This document shows, in pieces, positions 1 through 14,144 of a stretch of DNA of 64,000 nt. This DNA comes from Octopus vulgaris. Lineage: Eukaryota. Location: the NCBI GenBank assembly GCA_951406725.2, contig OX597823.1, forward strand, positions 31,930,001 through 31,994,000, given 5' to 3'. The notes under the pieces are model-generated. The model saw nothing but the letters and a program-made list of their open reading frames with translations. It was not told where the DNA came from and ran no database searches. Numbering within the stretch: the stretch's first letter is position 1; every line of letters begins with the position of its first letter. Position numbers and translations under genes: made by a program.

Positions 1-3000
1 GTCATTGTCATCATCATCATTACCATTGTTTTAACGACCACTTTTCCATGCTTGCACAGGTGTGACGGAAGTTGTTAATATTCCACTGCTAGATGCATTT
101 CCTGTGGCCAACCCTTGCCTCATTCCAAGCAAGATAATCTTTTCCCTTGGTCAGACATGTTTTCATCAAAGATTGGAATCAAGAGACACCACTTGTATAA
201 CAGTGGTGCTCATTTACAACTATCACACAATATCAAGACAAGGAAACACAAACACACACACGCACAACAGGCTTCTGTCATTTTCTCGTTTTTAAATACA
301 CTACAATATCTCAGGGCTATAGTAGAAGATGCCCAAAGTGCCATCTTTATCTATATCCATACATACACACACACACTCTCACACATACATACAAACACAC
401 AAACACATACACATGCACACACATGAACATACACATATGTGCACACACACACATGGATGCAAGAGGCAGGTAGAAACACAACAAAAAGACAAAGAACAAG
501 CGTCTTCTTATTTAACTCATTTTATCTCTAACCCAGCAGAGATATGATGAAAGACGTTCCAGCCATGGCAGTGCCACCTCTTTATAAGGCACAGTTTATC
601 AAGAATTACCATATCAAATATGCCTTTCTTCTTTTAAAACAGTAAAATAAGATTTAAGAGATTTTGCTGCTGTTTCCAGCATGTGGAGTGCTCAGCCACT
701 TACACGTTAATTTCACGAGCAGGCTGTTCCGTTGATTCGGATCAACCGGAACCCTCATCGTCATAACCGACGGAGTGCTTCCATCCATCCATCCATCCAT
801 TTCAAAATGGCAAGATGTAAGATGTAGATACATGTGACATGCAGCCAACATATAAAGGGAGATGATATATTCATGGAGCAGGTAAACAACACAGACAGGG
901 GTAGATTCATGTGGCGTATTTTATCATGTGATATGTCATCATCATCATCACCATTGAACATCCACTTTCCATGCTGGCATGGGTTGGATGATTTGACTGA
1001 GGACTGGCGAACCAGATGGCTGCACCAGGCTCCAATCCCATCTGGCAATGTTTCTACAGCTGGATGCCCTTCCTTATGCCAACCACTCTGAGAGTGTAGT
1101 GGGTGCTTTCTATGTGCCACTGGCATGGGAGCCAGTCAGACATGGGTTGGATGGTTTGATCTGGGCTAGTAAACTGGAAGATTGCACCAGGCTCCAATCT
1201 GATTTGGCAAGGTTTTCTATGGCTGGATGCCCTTCCTAACGCCAACCACTCAGAGTATAATGGGTGCTTTACATACATATATCCAACTTAACATGAATGT
1301 CTCATTAGAAGAGTCTTCCTGATGAAGACTCTTCTGGAAGATTTTTAGGTTAATCATCATCATCAATTAACATCCGCTTTCCATGCTAGCGTGGGTTGGA
1401 CGGTTTGACTGAGGTCTGGCAAGCCAGTAGGCTGCACCAGGCGGTATTGGCATCGACCATGCTCGAATGGTGCTTTTTATGTACCACCAGCACAGGAGCT
1501 GGTCAGGTGGCACTGGAATAGACCACATTCAAATGGTGTTTTATACATGCCACTAGCGCAGGAACCTGTCAGGCGGTACTGGCATCAACCTCCTCTCACA
1601 GGTAACATACCCAAGAAATCTGATAACTATTCCATGATTGAGATAATATATAATAAAGTATTTTTCCCACCCCAACAAAAAATTCCCCTTTATAGGGATA
1701 TCTAGTAACAATCCCAAATAATCTGGGTGCTGCTAATTCTTATTGACAGCTATGGTGACTTGATGTAATATAGAATAAACTGTTCTGCTTTAGAAAGACA
1801 AACAGAATACCAGCAGTAGGTTAGAACTCACAGACCACATCATCCAATAAGTCCATCTGTGCCACCTTTATAAAACAATCAATGTATGATCTTATTTTCA
1901 GAATTGTTAAGTGAATCAGAGACCAACATTCTTTAATCCTGGATAAGTCATTAATCAGTTACATCAAGAATGAAAGTGAAAAATGTAAAACTTTAAGTCA
2001 ATCAGAATTAGTAAAGGGTCAGCATTTCTTACATTCAGAGATCAAATCCTGAGATCAACTTTGCAGTCTTTCCTTCCAGGGTCAATAAAATAAACTACCA
2101 GTGGGAAAATGTTCAGGGAACTATTACCTCGACAACATAAACCTGCTAGAAATCCTACAAATCTCCCTCAGATCACACCCTTGTTCTCCTAAAAATAACA
2201 CCCTGAATAATTCAGTCTAAGGTAGATTGTATTACTGTAAATGAACAGGGGTGTTTCTTTCAGAGTGAAGGGCTGATTGTATGATGCTTTGGTATGAAAT
2301 GTAATGCTGCATGGTAGAGAGACATGGGCTTTGAATGTGTTAGGTTTATAAAGGCTGGAAAAAAAATGAAGTGACCACAATCTGCTGGATTTATAATGCT
2401 TGTGTATTTGAATGGTGGAATACAAGTGATCTGAGTGACAAAATGAAATACGAGACGTTGGGTGTAGTAAGATCTGCAGAAAGAAGTGCCAAGTACTGAA
2501 AGTGGATAGAATCTGTAGAAGAGAAAAAACAAGGAAGCCATGGGGAAGTGACGAAGGTTGATCTCAAGATGCTGAACGTTAAAAAGGACTGTAATAAGTT
2601 GTAAAACAGGGTTCTGGGGGGAATACTTACCCATCCTACCTTCCAAGTATGGAAAAATGCTTTTAAATAAAATGACAATATTGATGGAAATTGGGATGTT
2701 TATATCTACAGATGATTCTCTTGACCATTTTGCCTACTGCACTCTGATTCTCTCTCCCATGGCATCACTTGTGTAATGAGGCTGTTCATTTACAGTTTCT
2801 TTGCCTTACTTTTGGGGGAGGAGGCCAGTCGATTAGATCGATCCAGTACGCAACTGGTACTTAATTTATCAACCCCGAAAGGATGAAAGGCAAAGTCAAC
2901 CTCGGCGGAATTCATGACTTAAATATTGGAGCCACTCGTCCAACGATCGGGGCGATGCGCAAGCGCACACACACACTCCACATACATTTATAAAATGATC

Positions 3001-3357
3001 GTTCGACCTACAAAAATAGCAAGCCTCTCTCCGATCCCTTTACAACGTCTTAAAACAGCAACTAAGAGAAAATCTCGTCCGACATGAATTGTCTAAATAA
3101 AAAGCGGGAATAACTTAGGTCATATATCTGCTCGATCATGGCTGACATGGAAGTTAAACAACAGCAAATCAATCCATCCTCGCCGACCAGCAATTTTTCC
3201 TCTTCCTGCCTTCATATTTGGGAGTAGACGCGTGCTCATGTGTTTATAGACATTTGAGGACCGAAACAACTTCATGTCTGTCAACATTAAGTTTCCAGTT
3301 ACCGCAACTCTCGAATTTATTTATTATCTTCTCAGAGTAGCCTCCCTTGACCAATGT

Positions 3358-3415
3358 GTTATTTGGTAACCAGGAAGTGACGTCACACCGTGCCATGTTG
3401 TGTTCCTAAAGAGAT
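3358..3415 (+). promoter_or_regulatory. TTC26 proximal promoter: X-box-like elements flanking an ETS-CRE composite
   Basis: GTTATTTGGTAAC (3358-3370); CCAGGAAGTGACGTCAC (3370-3386) with perfect CRE TGACGTCA at 3378-3385; GTTCCTAAAGAGAT (3402-3415), whose reverse complement ATCTCTTTAGGAAC fits the X-box consensus RTHNYYWTRRNRAC. The region is locally CpG-rich. Confidence 0.7.
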
Positions 3416-3423
3416 TTGTCAAT

Positions 3424-3426
3424 ATG
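3424..3426 (+). CDS. TTC26: TTC26 exon 1 coding part (ATG only)
   Basis: AAT-ATG|gtaagt strong donor immediately downstream of the promoter motifs; gives the MM- N-terminus. Confidence 0.8.
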
Positions 3427-6400
3427 GTAAGTTGTTTAAAACTTTCTCGACTTCTTATCTTCTAAAATTTATCCAAATTTAATTATTAATTATTACGATT
3501 AATTATTTTCTACAGTGTTTTGTTTTTTCTTTAAACGGTTTCCTATAAACTGGGAAAACGATATCTCCCGCCAGATTATATTGTCCCAGGGCGTTTGCTT
3601 GTCCTTAAAAAGTCTGCAAATGACCAAGTAAGAGACCTTATTTCTGGGGATTGATATGTTACTTGGTAGTATCGAACTATTGTATTACTGTTATTACTTT
3701 AGTAGCTAAAATTCAAAGCTGTAGGGTGGGGGTTGTCCTCGGATCTGGCCTGTTGCAACAGACGACACCTTATACTTCGCGATGTGAAATAAAAACTTTT
3801 CAAACTACAAAGTAAATAACCGTGTACTTTTTTTTTTGCCCGTGTCCATGGCAGTTTGTGTTGGGGTTAGAGTTGAGTTTCAGAGCTTGCTTTGGGGTTA
3901 AGTTTTAGGGTCAGGGGGTTATGAGATGAGTAGTTACGGTTGGAAAGCCGTAATTCTGTTGAAATTCCCAGATTATGAGGTATGGAATACCCGCTTAAAG
4001 ATAGCCAAGGTAGTCAGTGGTGTTAGATAAAGAGACAGATTAAGACAACAGAATGGTCGCTATGATGGGCTTCCTCATAGTTTTCATTGTTGCCGTAAGA
4101 GCTAAAGCATGTTTTGCATGAAGAATGACCCAAAATTTCCCTAACAACCATTCAGAACATGTACAAGTTAATTCCTTGATGCATTAAAGTTGTGATGCCA
4201 AAGGTGGACCAAGTCCATCTTATAACTTTCATTTAATAAGATGTTTCCAATACATTGTCCAATCCCATGCCACCATGGGACATGAATGTTGCATGTTGGT
4301 GACGATGATGTTTGTGTTTGCATCTCCTTGCCTTGACATCATGCAATAGTTATGAGTCACTGTCATTTCCAATCTTCTGAGAAATCATATCTAATAATGG
4401 GAAAATGTTAACTTCTTTGGAAACAAGAAGGGAATCCGGACATGAAAAATATGCCTTAACAAATTTTGTCTGACTCATGCAAACAGGGAAATATGGACCT
4501 TAAAATAATGATCAGGATTGATATGGATATATTAACAAAATATTCTGTTTTGAAACCAATTGTTATTTGACTGTTGTGAGACTAAAATATTGTATGTTAT
4601 TAATAATAATTATATACCCTGCTCCATCATCTAATATACGAGTATCTCTTTTTTCTGACTCATGGATTTTTTGACACTCTGTGTTTGTAGTCAAGTATGC
4701 ACACACACACACACAAAATTATCAAAAAACTGCTCTTGTTTCTGTTTGTTAGATGCTCTCACGTGCTAAACCAGCCACAGGGGCTGGTAGGATCTCTGCT
4801 ATCAAAGGTGACAGAAAGACACAAGAACTGCCCAAATTGGAAGATTTCTTACAGAAGAGAGATTATACTGGAGCTATTACTCTTCTTGAGGTAAGTGAAC
4901 CCATAATTACATCTCTGTAGAATATTCCTCTCTTCGCACTAAAGTTAGGTATACCAAAATATATTTCCATATTTAGTCTTTTGTACTGAATTCTGAATGT
5001 CTGCTCCAAATTCTTGGTAAATCAGACCGGATAACCTGAAAGACCTGCATCGAATACATTTATCTCTTGTCAGTTTCTTTTTAAAACATGTCATGATGCT
5101 TAGAAAGTAACATCTTACTGCCATATTATTGTTGTTTATAGAGTTGCTATCAAGAATACACATGGGTAAGCTAGTTAAAATATTAACCCTTTCATTACTG
5201 TATTTATTTTGAGATGCTCTGTTTCTTTCAGTTACTTTAAATATAATAAAGAATTTGGTAAAATAACTTAGTTATTATTCAGTTAGTGTTAGGAGCATAA
5301 ATTATGACTAAGGTTTGGTGGAAGATTGTAATTCAAAACTTATGAAAACAAGATATTTGTACTCAGAGCCAGAGCCAGTTTCAGCCGGGTTGGTAACAAA
5401 AGGGTTTATGTTAGTCTGAATCTGTTAAGGTTGTTGTTACATCAAGCACAACTTGAAAATAAAATATGGATCTACAGAATGCTAGTTCAGATCTCAGTAT
5501 TGTTATGTTGTGCTTCTAAGCAAGACAACTAACTTTGGTTGTTGTGGTCTGCCTGACTGGATAACAAAAACAGGCTCCACCTTCACCTCATGCTTTGCCA
5601 TAGTAACAAGGCACTAAACATCCTTGCCTGGACTGACATAGCAATAAACCCTCTTGAATCAATCTCACAATATGACAGTTAAAATAAGCAGAAAGAGAGA
5701 AGGCCATGTTGATATACAAAGTTTCAATCGATAATTACTATTAATAGTTTAATTAAGGTGGCAAACTGGCAGAATGATTACTGTACTGGCCAAAATTCTT
5801 AATGTCATTTCTTATGGCCTTACATTCTTTGTTCAAATGCCATTGAGGTCAGCTTTGTCTTTCATCTTTTTTAGGGTCAATAAAATAAATACCAAATGAG
5901 TATTGGGGTCGATGACATCACCTTACTGCCTCCCCTCGAATTGCTGGCCTTGTATCAAAATTTAAAACCATCATTTTGTTAATTGATAACTTACAGAACC
6001 AATATTAAATCTTGTTTTCTCACTTAAAGAAGAAAGGTTTCTTTGATCTCAAGAAAACCAAAGTTTATCTAAATTTTCAAAGCTTTTATACAACTAAAAG
6101 GTGAAGGTTTCACACTCAATGGCAGACTTTCCTGGGGTTAACTGCCGACTGATGCTGGTATTCATTTACACTTTGTAGACTGAAACGACATGAAATGCCA
6201 TGCTCAAGGACAGAATGTATCACCTGGTTTTGTAATTGAATTCACAACCTAATGGTTGTAGAAAATTACTATTCGTAAATCTCACATCAAGAGATATTCT
6301 GCAACAGTACTTTGGAGTAAAGATTATTTGCCAACATAACATGGCAATCCTGGTTTAGGTTGAATGTTGCTGTAAAAGAAAAAAATATATAAGGACAGAG

Positions 6401-9400
6401 ATCATGTCATATAACCAGCTGGAGGTGGTGTCTCCCGGGGCTAAATTACAGCAGCATTCTTCCTAAACCAGGACAGCCATGTTATGTTGGCAAATAATCT
6501 TTACTCTAATGGGTGTAAGCCCAACACTCTAACCACTGAGCCACACTACTTTACTTTGTGTGTAATCTCTAAATGAAGAATTCAATTGCTGTTCTTTGTT
6601 GTTTTATTGTCCAGTTTAACAGGTCCAGTGGCAAAACTGATATTGATACTGACCTATGGATAGCCTGTTGTCTCTTCCACCTTGGTGACTATAAAGGAGC
6701 AATGGAGGTAAGTTTTCACAGTATCATTTGATGTAGTTTATGGCCAATTATCCATTATAAGTAATAGAAGCAATATTAGGTTAAAATAACCATCTTTGTA
6801 TCATACTCAATGTAAATATATCATTTAAAGGTAAATTTACTGTTTTTAAATACAGCATGTCCATGAGAGATGTTATCTCTGGATGAATACCACAGTAAAT
6901 TTGTCATTCAATGATGTATTTACATCAAGTTTCACACTTAGATGGCTGTTACAGTTAATTATTTTGTTTATCTTTAGTAAGGGTTGTTGTTGTTTAACAC
7001 CAGGTCAATCCTGATTCACCAGGCCTTATGATCATCCCATTGTTTATTCAGTCATAATGTATCTATGAATGCATTATCAAATGTGTCCTTCTTTGTTGTT
7101 GTTAATTATCTGAGCAACTCTGATCCATCAGATCAATGGTGTTCCTTCTGTAACCATTCTGTCTTTTATTTAGACATAGTTTATCTAAGAGTATATCATC
7201 CAGTGTGTCCTTTCTGTTTTAAGACAGTAGGTGTGATTTGAAGGAGATTTGGTTGCTATTTTTAACAGGCCAGGAGACCCTATCGATGTTCCCTTATTGG
7301 CTTGTTCAGTAAGTGAGATGTCACAGCAAGCGAAATTTGAGACAAATCATTGCTATTATTATTATAGTTATTACAGAAAGGCAGCGAGCTGGCAGAATCG
7401 TTAGCACAACGGGTGAAATGCTTAGCGATATTTCGTCTGCTGCTACATTCTGAGTTCAAATTCCGCCAAGGTCGACTTTGCCTTTCATCCTTTTGGGGTC
7501 AATAAATTAAGTACCAGTTGCGTGCTGGGCTCAATGTAATTGACTTAATCCCTTCCCCCAAATTCAAGACATTATGCTTCCAATAGAAAGGATTATTATT
7601 ACGGTTATTAAGTTATGGTTCTTTACATAAGTTCAAATCCAGCTGAGGTCAGCTTTGTCTTTCATCTTTTTGGGTTGATGAAATAAGCATCTGTTATTTC
7701 CATACTGGGGATTGATTTTATTGACCACCCACTCTTCTCCCGAATTTCCAGGTCTTGTGCCTATAATAGAAACATTATCATTATTACTATTATTATTGAG
7801 TGAGAAAGCAGTGCATGCCATCAAAGTGACACTGGGGTACAAATATGCAAAGCCCAATATACCCTTCATGACTACCTGTCTGATAAGGGTACACCAGGCA
7901 CATACATCACAGCTATATGTGCGCAACATGGTGGTCTCATATCAAGATTAACAGTGCATGACTTACAGGTGGGGCTCAGTTTGAGTTTTCTTCAGGTCGA
8001 GTAGCCCATCCTGCTCAAAAGGTCCCTGAATAAGAGTTGTTTAAGAGTGAATTATTGAAACCCTCCAAAATTCCTTTCAACACATGGCTATAATGCTCCC
8101 CCACTACTCCTGCTCATGATCAGAGATACACATACCATCAGCCAATAAGGGACATGCTCAACTGGCCAAGGTCAAGCAACTGACAAGGAAATCTGTGGTA
8201 TTGAGTAGAATATTTGCTGTAGCCCATCTTTTATACCAAGACAAAACAATGTACATGATAACACTTCCAATCAGTCAAGATCAGAAGCCATGAGAGCCAC
8301 TGTCTGGAGCTGCATCAGGGTTTTACTATTATTATTATTATTATCATTGCCTTTGCACAGCTTCTAATGCTAGAGATGTACTACGTTGTCAGCTGTTCAT
8401 TACCAGTGAACTAAAGTAACACCTCTTATTTTTTTAGCAACTTCCAGAGTATTCGAGTGGTTGCAAGCAGTGCTGTTTTCTGCAAGTGCTCTACCCTTAT
8501 TGCAGTCGCTATTTGTTCCACGTGGTTCTCAAGATTTTTGCTCACTGTTCCCAGGGCTCCACCAGTTATTGGTACTACTGCCACCTTTTCCATCGACTAC
8601 AACTGCTTAACCTCCCAAGCTAACCTGTCATATCTATTGGCTTTTCTTTCTTCCTTATCGCATACCTTGTTGTCAGCTGGGCATGCTATATCTACGATCC
8701 AGCATAGTTTGCTTTCTTTCTCAATTAGCTCTATGTCTGGCTTCCTATTTCCTCATGGTCGCACTGAATCATAAAATCCCACAGGATCTTTGCATTAGCA
8801 TTTTCAATGATGCCTTTGGATTTATGGTTGTACCAATTTTTTACTGTCATCATCATCATCATTATTATTATTATATGTTTGGGTTTTGCTTTGCATTTGT
8901 ACAAGTTGACTCCAAGTCTTGCCCACAGACCTCAAGAGACAACTAGTTAGAAGTTCATATTGTTATGCCTAGGGTGCCATATATTTGGTTTTGTACATAG
9001 TGTTGTTCTTGGGAATGTTTAAGAAAACAAGAAAATTATAAGTTTATTTTAAAATTTGAGATTACATAGACAGTATTTTACGTAGGATATGGACAGTTCC
9101 CATGAGCACTATCTTTTGAATTTCTGCCATTTTGGGGTTTCTTGGTATCTGAGCTAGGTAGCAATCAGCCCCTTTTGCATTTGTGATTATTATTATTATT
9201 ATTATTATTATTATTTAAGGCAGTGAGCTGGTAGAATCGTTATCACAGCAAAATGCTTCATTGTATTTCATCCATCTTTACATTCTGAATTCAAATTCCA
9301 CTGAGGTCTTGCTGTCATCCTTTTGGGGGTTGATAAATTAATTACCAATTGTATACGAGGGTTCACGTAATAGACTATTTCTTTCCCCAAAAATTTCAGG

Positions 9401-9430
9401 CCTTGTGCCTTTTGGTAGAAAGGATTATTA

Positions 9431-9465
<35 letters not shown>

Positions 9466-9477
9466 CATTATTAGTAA

Positions 9478-9531
<54 letters not shown>

Positions 9532-12500
9532 CAGCAGCAACAGCAGCAGTAGTAGTAGTAGTAGTAGTAGTAAGATGGTGAGCTGGAAGAATTATTAGCA
9601 TGTTGGGCAAAATGCTTAGCAGCATTCCATCCGTCTTTACATTCTGAGTTCAAATTCCGCCGAGGTTTACTTTGCCTTTCATTTTTTTCTGATTGTCTTA
9701 GATTTACGAAAAGGTGACAAACCGCAAGGAATTCCTCCCAGAAGTTTGGAATTATTTAGCTTGTGCCTATTTTCTTCTTGGAATGTATCCCGAGGCATAC
9801 GAAGCTTCTAAGAAAGGTAAGAAAATGCTCATTTCCCTATAGAAGGGACATTTTTAAAGACCAAATATTCCTGCTGTCAGTTTATGTATTTATGTATTAT
9901 CATGAGAAAAATATTTGAATAGTTCTGCAGTTACAGTATAAATGAATTACTGGAGTATGGACGTTGGATCTGCAATAATTTGCGTGTGTGCGTGTGTGTG
10001 TGTATGTGTGTGTGTGTGTGTGTATAAGCTAGTTAAGGAAGTGAAAAGACTGCTCTTGACATTGGCAAATCCTGACTAAATGCTTTGTGATTTATAGTTA
10101 CATATATTTATGTTGTGAGTTCAAATCTTACTGGAATTGTTTTTGCCTTTCATTCCTCCTGAAGTCAATAAAATATGTACCAGTCACATATTGGGATCGA
10201 TTCGATTGATTATAGCCTCCACTTAAATTTTGTGATCTCTTGTAAGGAATTCATCACCATCATCAACACCATCATTATCAGCATCATCATCATAATCATT
10301 TGTATTATTATTGGACAGAGAGCTTGAAAGTGATAGGATTAGTAGAACAATAAATTAAGAATGTTTTACAGTGTTTATTTTCAAATATCTATGCTCTGAG
10401 ATCAAATCCTGCCGAAGTTAAGACTGTCTAATAAGTAGCCATTTTTGTTGATAAAACCTTTAACCTGAAGAGCACTCCCAATGAGAAACTTAGGGTAGTA
10501 AGTCTCACTGAATATCATTACTGGGTAGAAAAAAATTATATTTATGTATGTTTCATCACCATCATTTAATGTCCATTTTCCATGCTGTTGGGCTCAGAGT
10601 CTGACGAGATCCAACAGGTTCAAAGATGGCATTGTGCACCGCTATTTTTTTTGGGATGAGTTTCCGCTGCCAGATGCCTTTCCTGACATCACTCATTTTA
10701 CAGTGTGTACGGGATGCTTTTTTTCATGCTACCAGCTTTCATGAGGTTACCTTACAGCTTGCAAAATTATGAACCCCAAGGGAGGCAACTTTATGCAAGG
10801 AGATAAGGGGTTAAAGTATGAGAAAAGGGGCCAGAGCAGAACGGGTTTCTTTGCTGTATGACTGCTCACATTTCAGAAGGGAGTTGGGACTGATTAGGAT
10901 GGCGATGAGAAGAGATAAAAATAGTGGTGATAAGGTGCAGACATGAGTGAGGATAGAAGAACCGAGGGTGTGGCAGGGTAGGGGCTGTGAATAAGTATAT
11001 TTTTTTCTTTTACTTGTTTTAGTCATTAGACTGTGACCATACTGGGGCATTGCCATGAAGAATTTTTAGTCAAATGAATCAACCTCAGTACTTTATATAT
11101 ATATTGTGATTTGTTTATTTTTCTTCTATGGAAAGGTCCCAAAACAGGTCTACAGAACAGACTGCTGTTTCACCTCTCCCACAAGTTCAGTGATGAAAAC
11201 AGTTTGATGGATTACCACCAGAATCTTCAGGATATTCTTGAAGACCAGTTGTCCCTTGCAGCTATACATTACTTACGTAACCATTACCAAGAAGCTATTG
11301 ATGTTTATAAGAGGATCCTTCTAGACAACAGGTAAGCCTATTCACAACACTGTTCAGTGATCTTTACAACACTTAGTGCCCTGTGAAATTAAGTGGGATT
11401 CATTTTGTACAGTTCACAGGTCCTTATTCATCCCTGGATGAGGACAGCTGGGTGAAAAAGTGTCACACTCCAGCAGTAGTGAGAACCTGTTGAAGAGGTA
11501 GACCCAAGAAGACCTGGGATGAAGTGGTGAAGCACGACCTTCAAACGTTGGGCCTCACCAAGGCAATGACAAGCGACCGAGACCTTTGGAGATATGCTGT
11601 GCTTGAGAAGATGTGGCAAACCAAGTGAGACTGTAACCGTGGCCTATGCCAGTGCAGCATAACCAGCCCATTTAAGAGCACTTTTCATGATTATTGGACA
11701 ATAAACTGCGTTTGCGAAGACCTGTTGAGGCAAGTGAAGTCATTGTTGTGGCCAATGACAGTACCCCCTAATTGGCACCCATGCCCGTGGCACATAAAGA
11801 GCACCATTCAAGTGTGTTCGATACTAGTGCCGGCTGACTGGTCTCATGCCGGTGGCACATAAAAAGCACCATCTGAGCATGGTCATTATCAGTGCCACCT
11901 TACTGGCCCCTGTGCCGGTGACATGTAAAAAGCACCCACTACACTCTCAGAGTGGTTGGCATTAGGAAGGGCATCCAGCTGTAGAAACATTGCCAGATTG
12001 GATTGGAGCCTGGTACACCCTCCTGGTTTGCCAGTTCTGAGTCAAACCGTCCAACCGATGCCAGCGTGGAAAGAGGACATTAAGCGACTACGACAATGAT
12101 GATGATGATGATTATTATTATCCTCATTGAACCTTTTTGGTGGTCCTGTTTCTATGCAGTGTGATTAATATGTTTTTTGAAAATAATCAAACACAGACGT
12201 AGTTAAAATGACTGAAACCATATTATTTATGGTTAACTAGCATTCAGAACATGACTAACAGTAAATGTTTTAAGGAGCTGAAATCTCATGTTATTATTAT
12301 CATTAAACTTTATCATTCAGATGTTGTAATGTATTAAATATTATTGATTTAATATTGAAGTTTTCTCCGAAACTTTTATTTAAATATGAATACTCCACCA
12401 TATTTCCAGCATTGACGACTTTGGCCATCATTTTTAATTAAATATCTCCACCACCTGTGGACCTGCTTATGAAATCAAAAAGCAGTGGAGTTCCCATGAC

Positions 12501-12817
12501 TTTTGGAAACTTTTTTTTTTTCCATTCAGAATTATTGAAGCATGTAATAAACTACACACATCAGTTGTTAGCTCTCAAGACATTCTTCAAAACTTGCCTA
12601 CACTACTTCTGACAGGTCTCAGCACCCTTTCCTTTTTGTGGGTCTTTTATTCTTCACTTTTCTGACTTTTTGTCTTTTGATCCCATGTAATATGTCCATG
12701 CGTTTAGCTTTCATTGCTCTTTCTCTCTTTATTTGATTTCTGTGGCTACCTTCTTCCCCTTCTTTTACTCTTATCCAGTGAGGTGTAGTGATCTGAGCTT
12801 TATATACAATAAGCTCA

Positions 12818-12874
<57 letters not shown>

Positions 12875-14108
12875 GTTTGACTTTCGCTTTGTATTTGTAC
12901 AAGTTAACTACAAGTCTCACCCAGAGACCTCAAGAGACAACAGGTTAGTTCATGTTGGTGTTATACCTAGGGTGTCATATATTTGGTTTTGCACAAAGTA
13001 TTGTTCTCGAGAATGTTTAAGAAAACATAAGAAAATTATGAGTTGGTTTTAAAATTTGAGATTACATAGACAGTATTTTACGTTGGAATTGGGCAGTTCC
13101 CATGAGCACTATTTTTTTAATTTCCTCCATTATCATTATTATTAAATTTCTATAATTTTGAATTTTTAACACCTCTTATTTTGAACTTGACAAAGACAGA
13201 CTTACCGTCAAAATATCGTTCAACCAATAAAATATGTATTACAATCGAATCGTGCTCTTCATCTTAACTGTTTACCTTTGTGAAGAGTTACATCAATCCT
13301 TTTAAAATTATTATTATTATTATTATTATTATTATCATCATTATTATTAGCAAGCCAATTAGCTGGCAGAATCATTAGCTTGTCAGACAAAATGCTTAGT
13401 GGCGTATTTCTTCCTGGTCTTTATGTTTTGAGCTCAAATCAGTCAGTCTGTCTTTCTCTCTCTCTCTCTCTCTCCGTCTGTCTGTTTTGTCTATCTATCT
13501 ATCTATCTATCTATTTATTTATTTATTTACTGTAGAGATTACCTGGCACTGAATGTCTATATAGCCCTGTGTTACCATAAACTGGATTACTATGATGTCT
13601 CACAAGTAAGTACTTCATATATAAAATTGATTCTCGGAACAAAGACAGCCATTGAAATATAATTAGCAGACAACGGATTAGATGTAGGACTGCTATCGGT
13701 CAAGGTCAACTGTACGTCTACATATGCATTTGCAGACCAGGGCAAGAGTGTTGCGAGAAAGACTGGTAGTTGGCCATGCATGCAAGCCTTCTCTTCACAC
13801 CACTGATGCTATCCAACAAAAAGGCCACTGACTTTGGTCAATACCACTAGGCATCAGTGTCATCACAAGCATTGCTCTGATGGAATTGGTAAAACTGTTT
13901 GAAGGCTGGACAAGATATCACAAGGCATCATCTTGACCAACCTTCCAAATGTCCTCACAATCCACTGCTTTGGACTTACACTTTCTTTTTCAACCTTTGC
14001 ATGATTTGAACTCAGAATGTGGACAGTTGGAACAATTACCACTCTGCAGTCTCTCCAACATTCTAACATCTCAACCAATTTCTGACTGGATATATATATA
14101 TATATATA

Positions 14109-14144
<36 letters not shown>

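Noticed and set aside
3855-3915. Telomere-like TTAGGG/TTGGGG runs in TTC26 intron 1
   Set aside because: Too few and too degenerate to call an interstitial telomere
9268-9653. Poly-L/N/Y/I/H ORFs here and throughout the window
   Set aside because: Translations of trinucleotide and dinucleotide microsatellites
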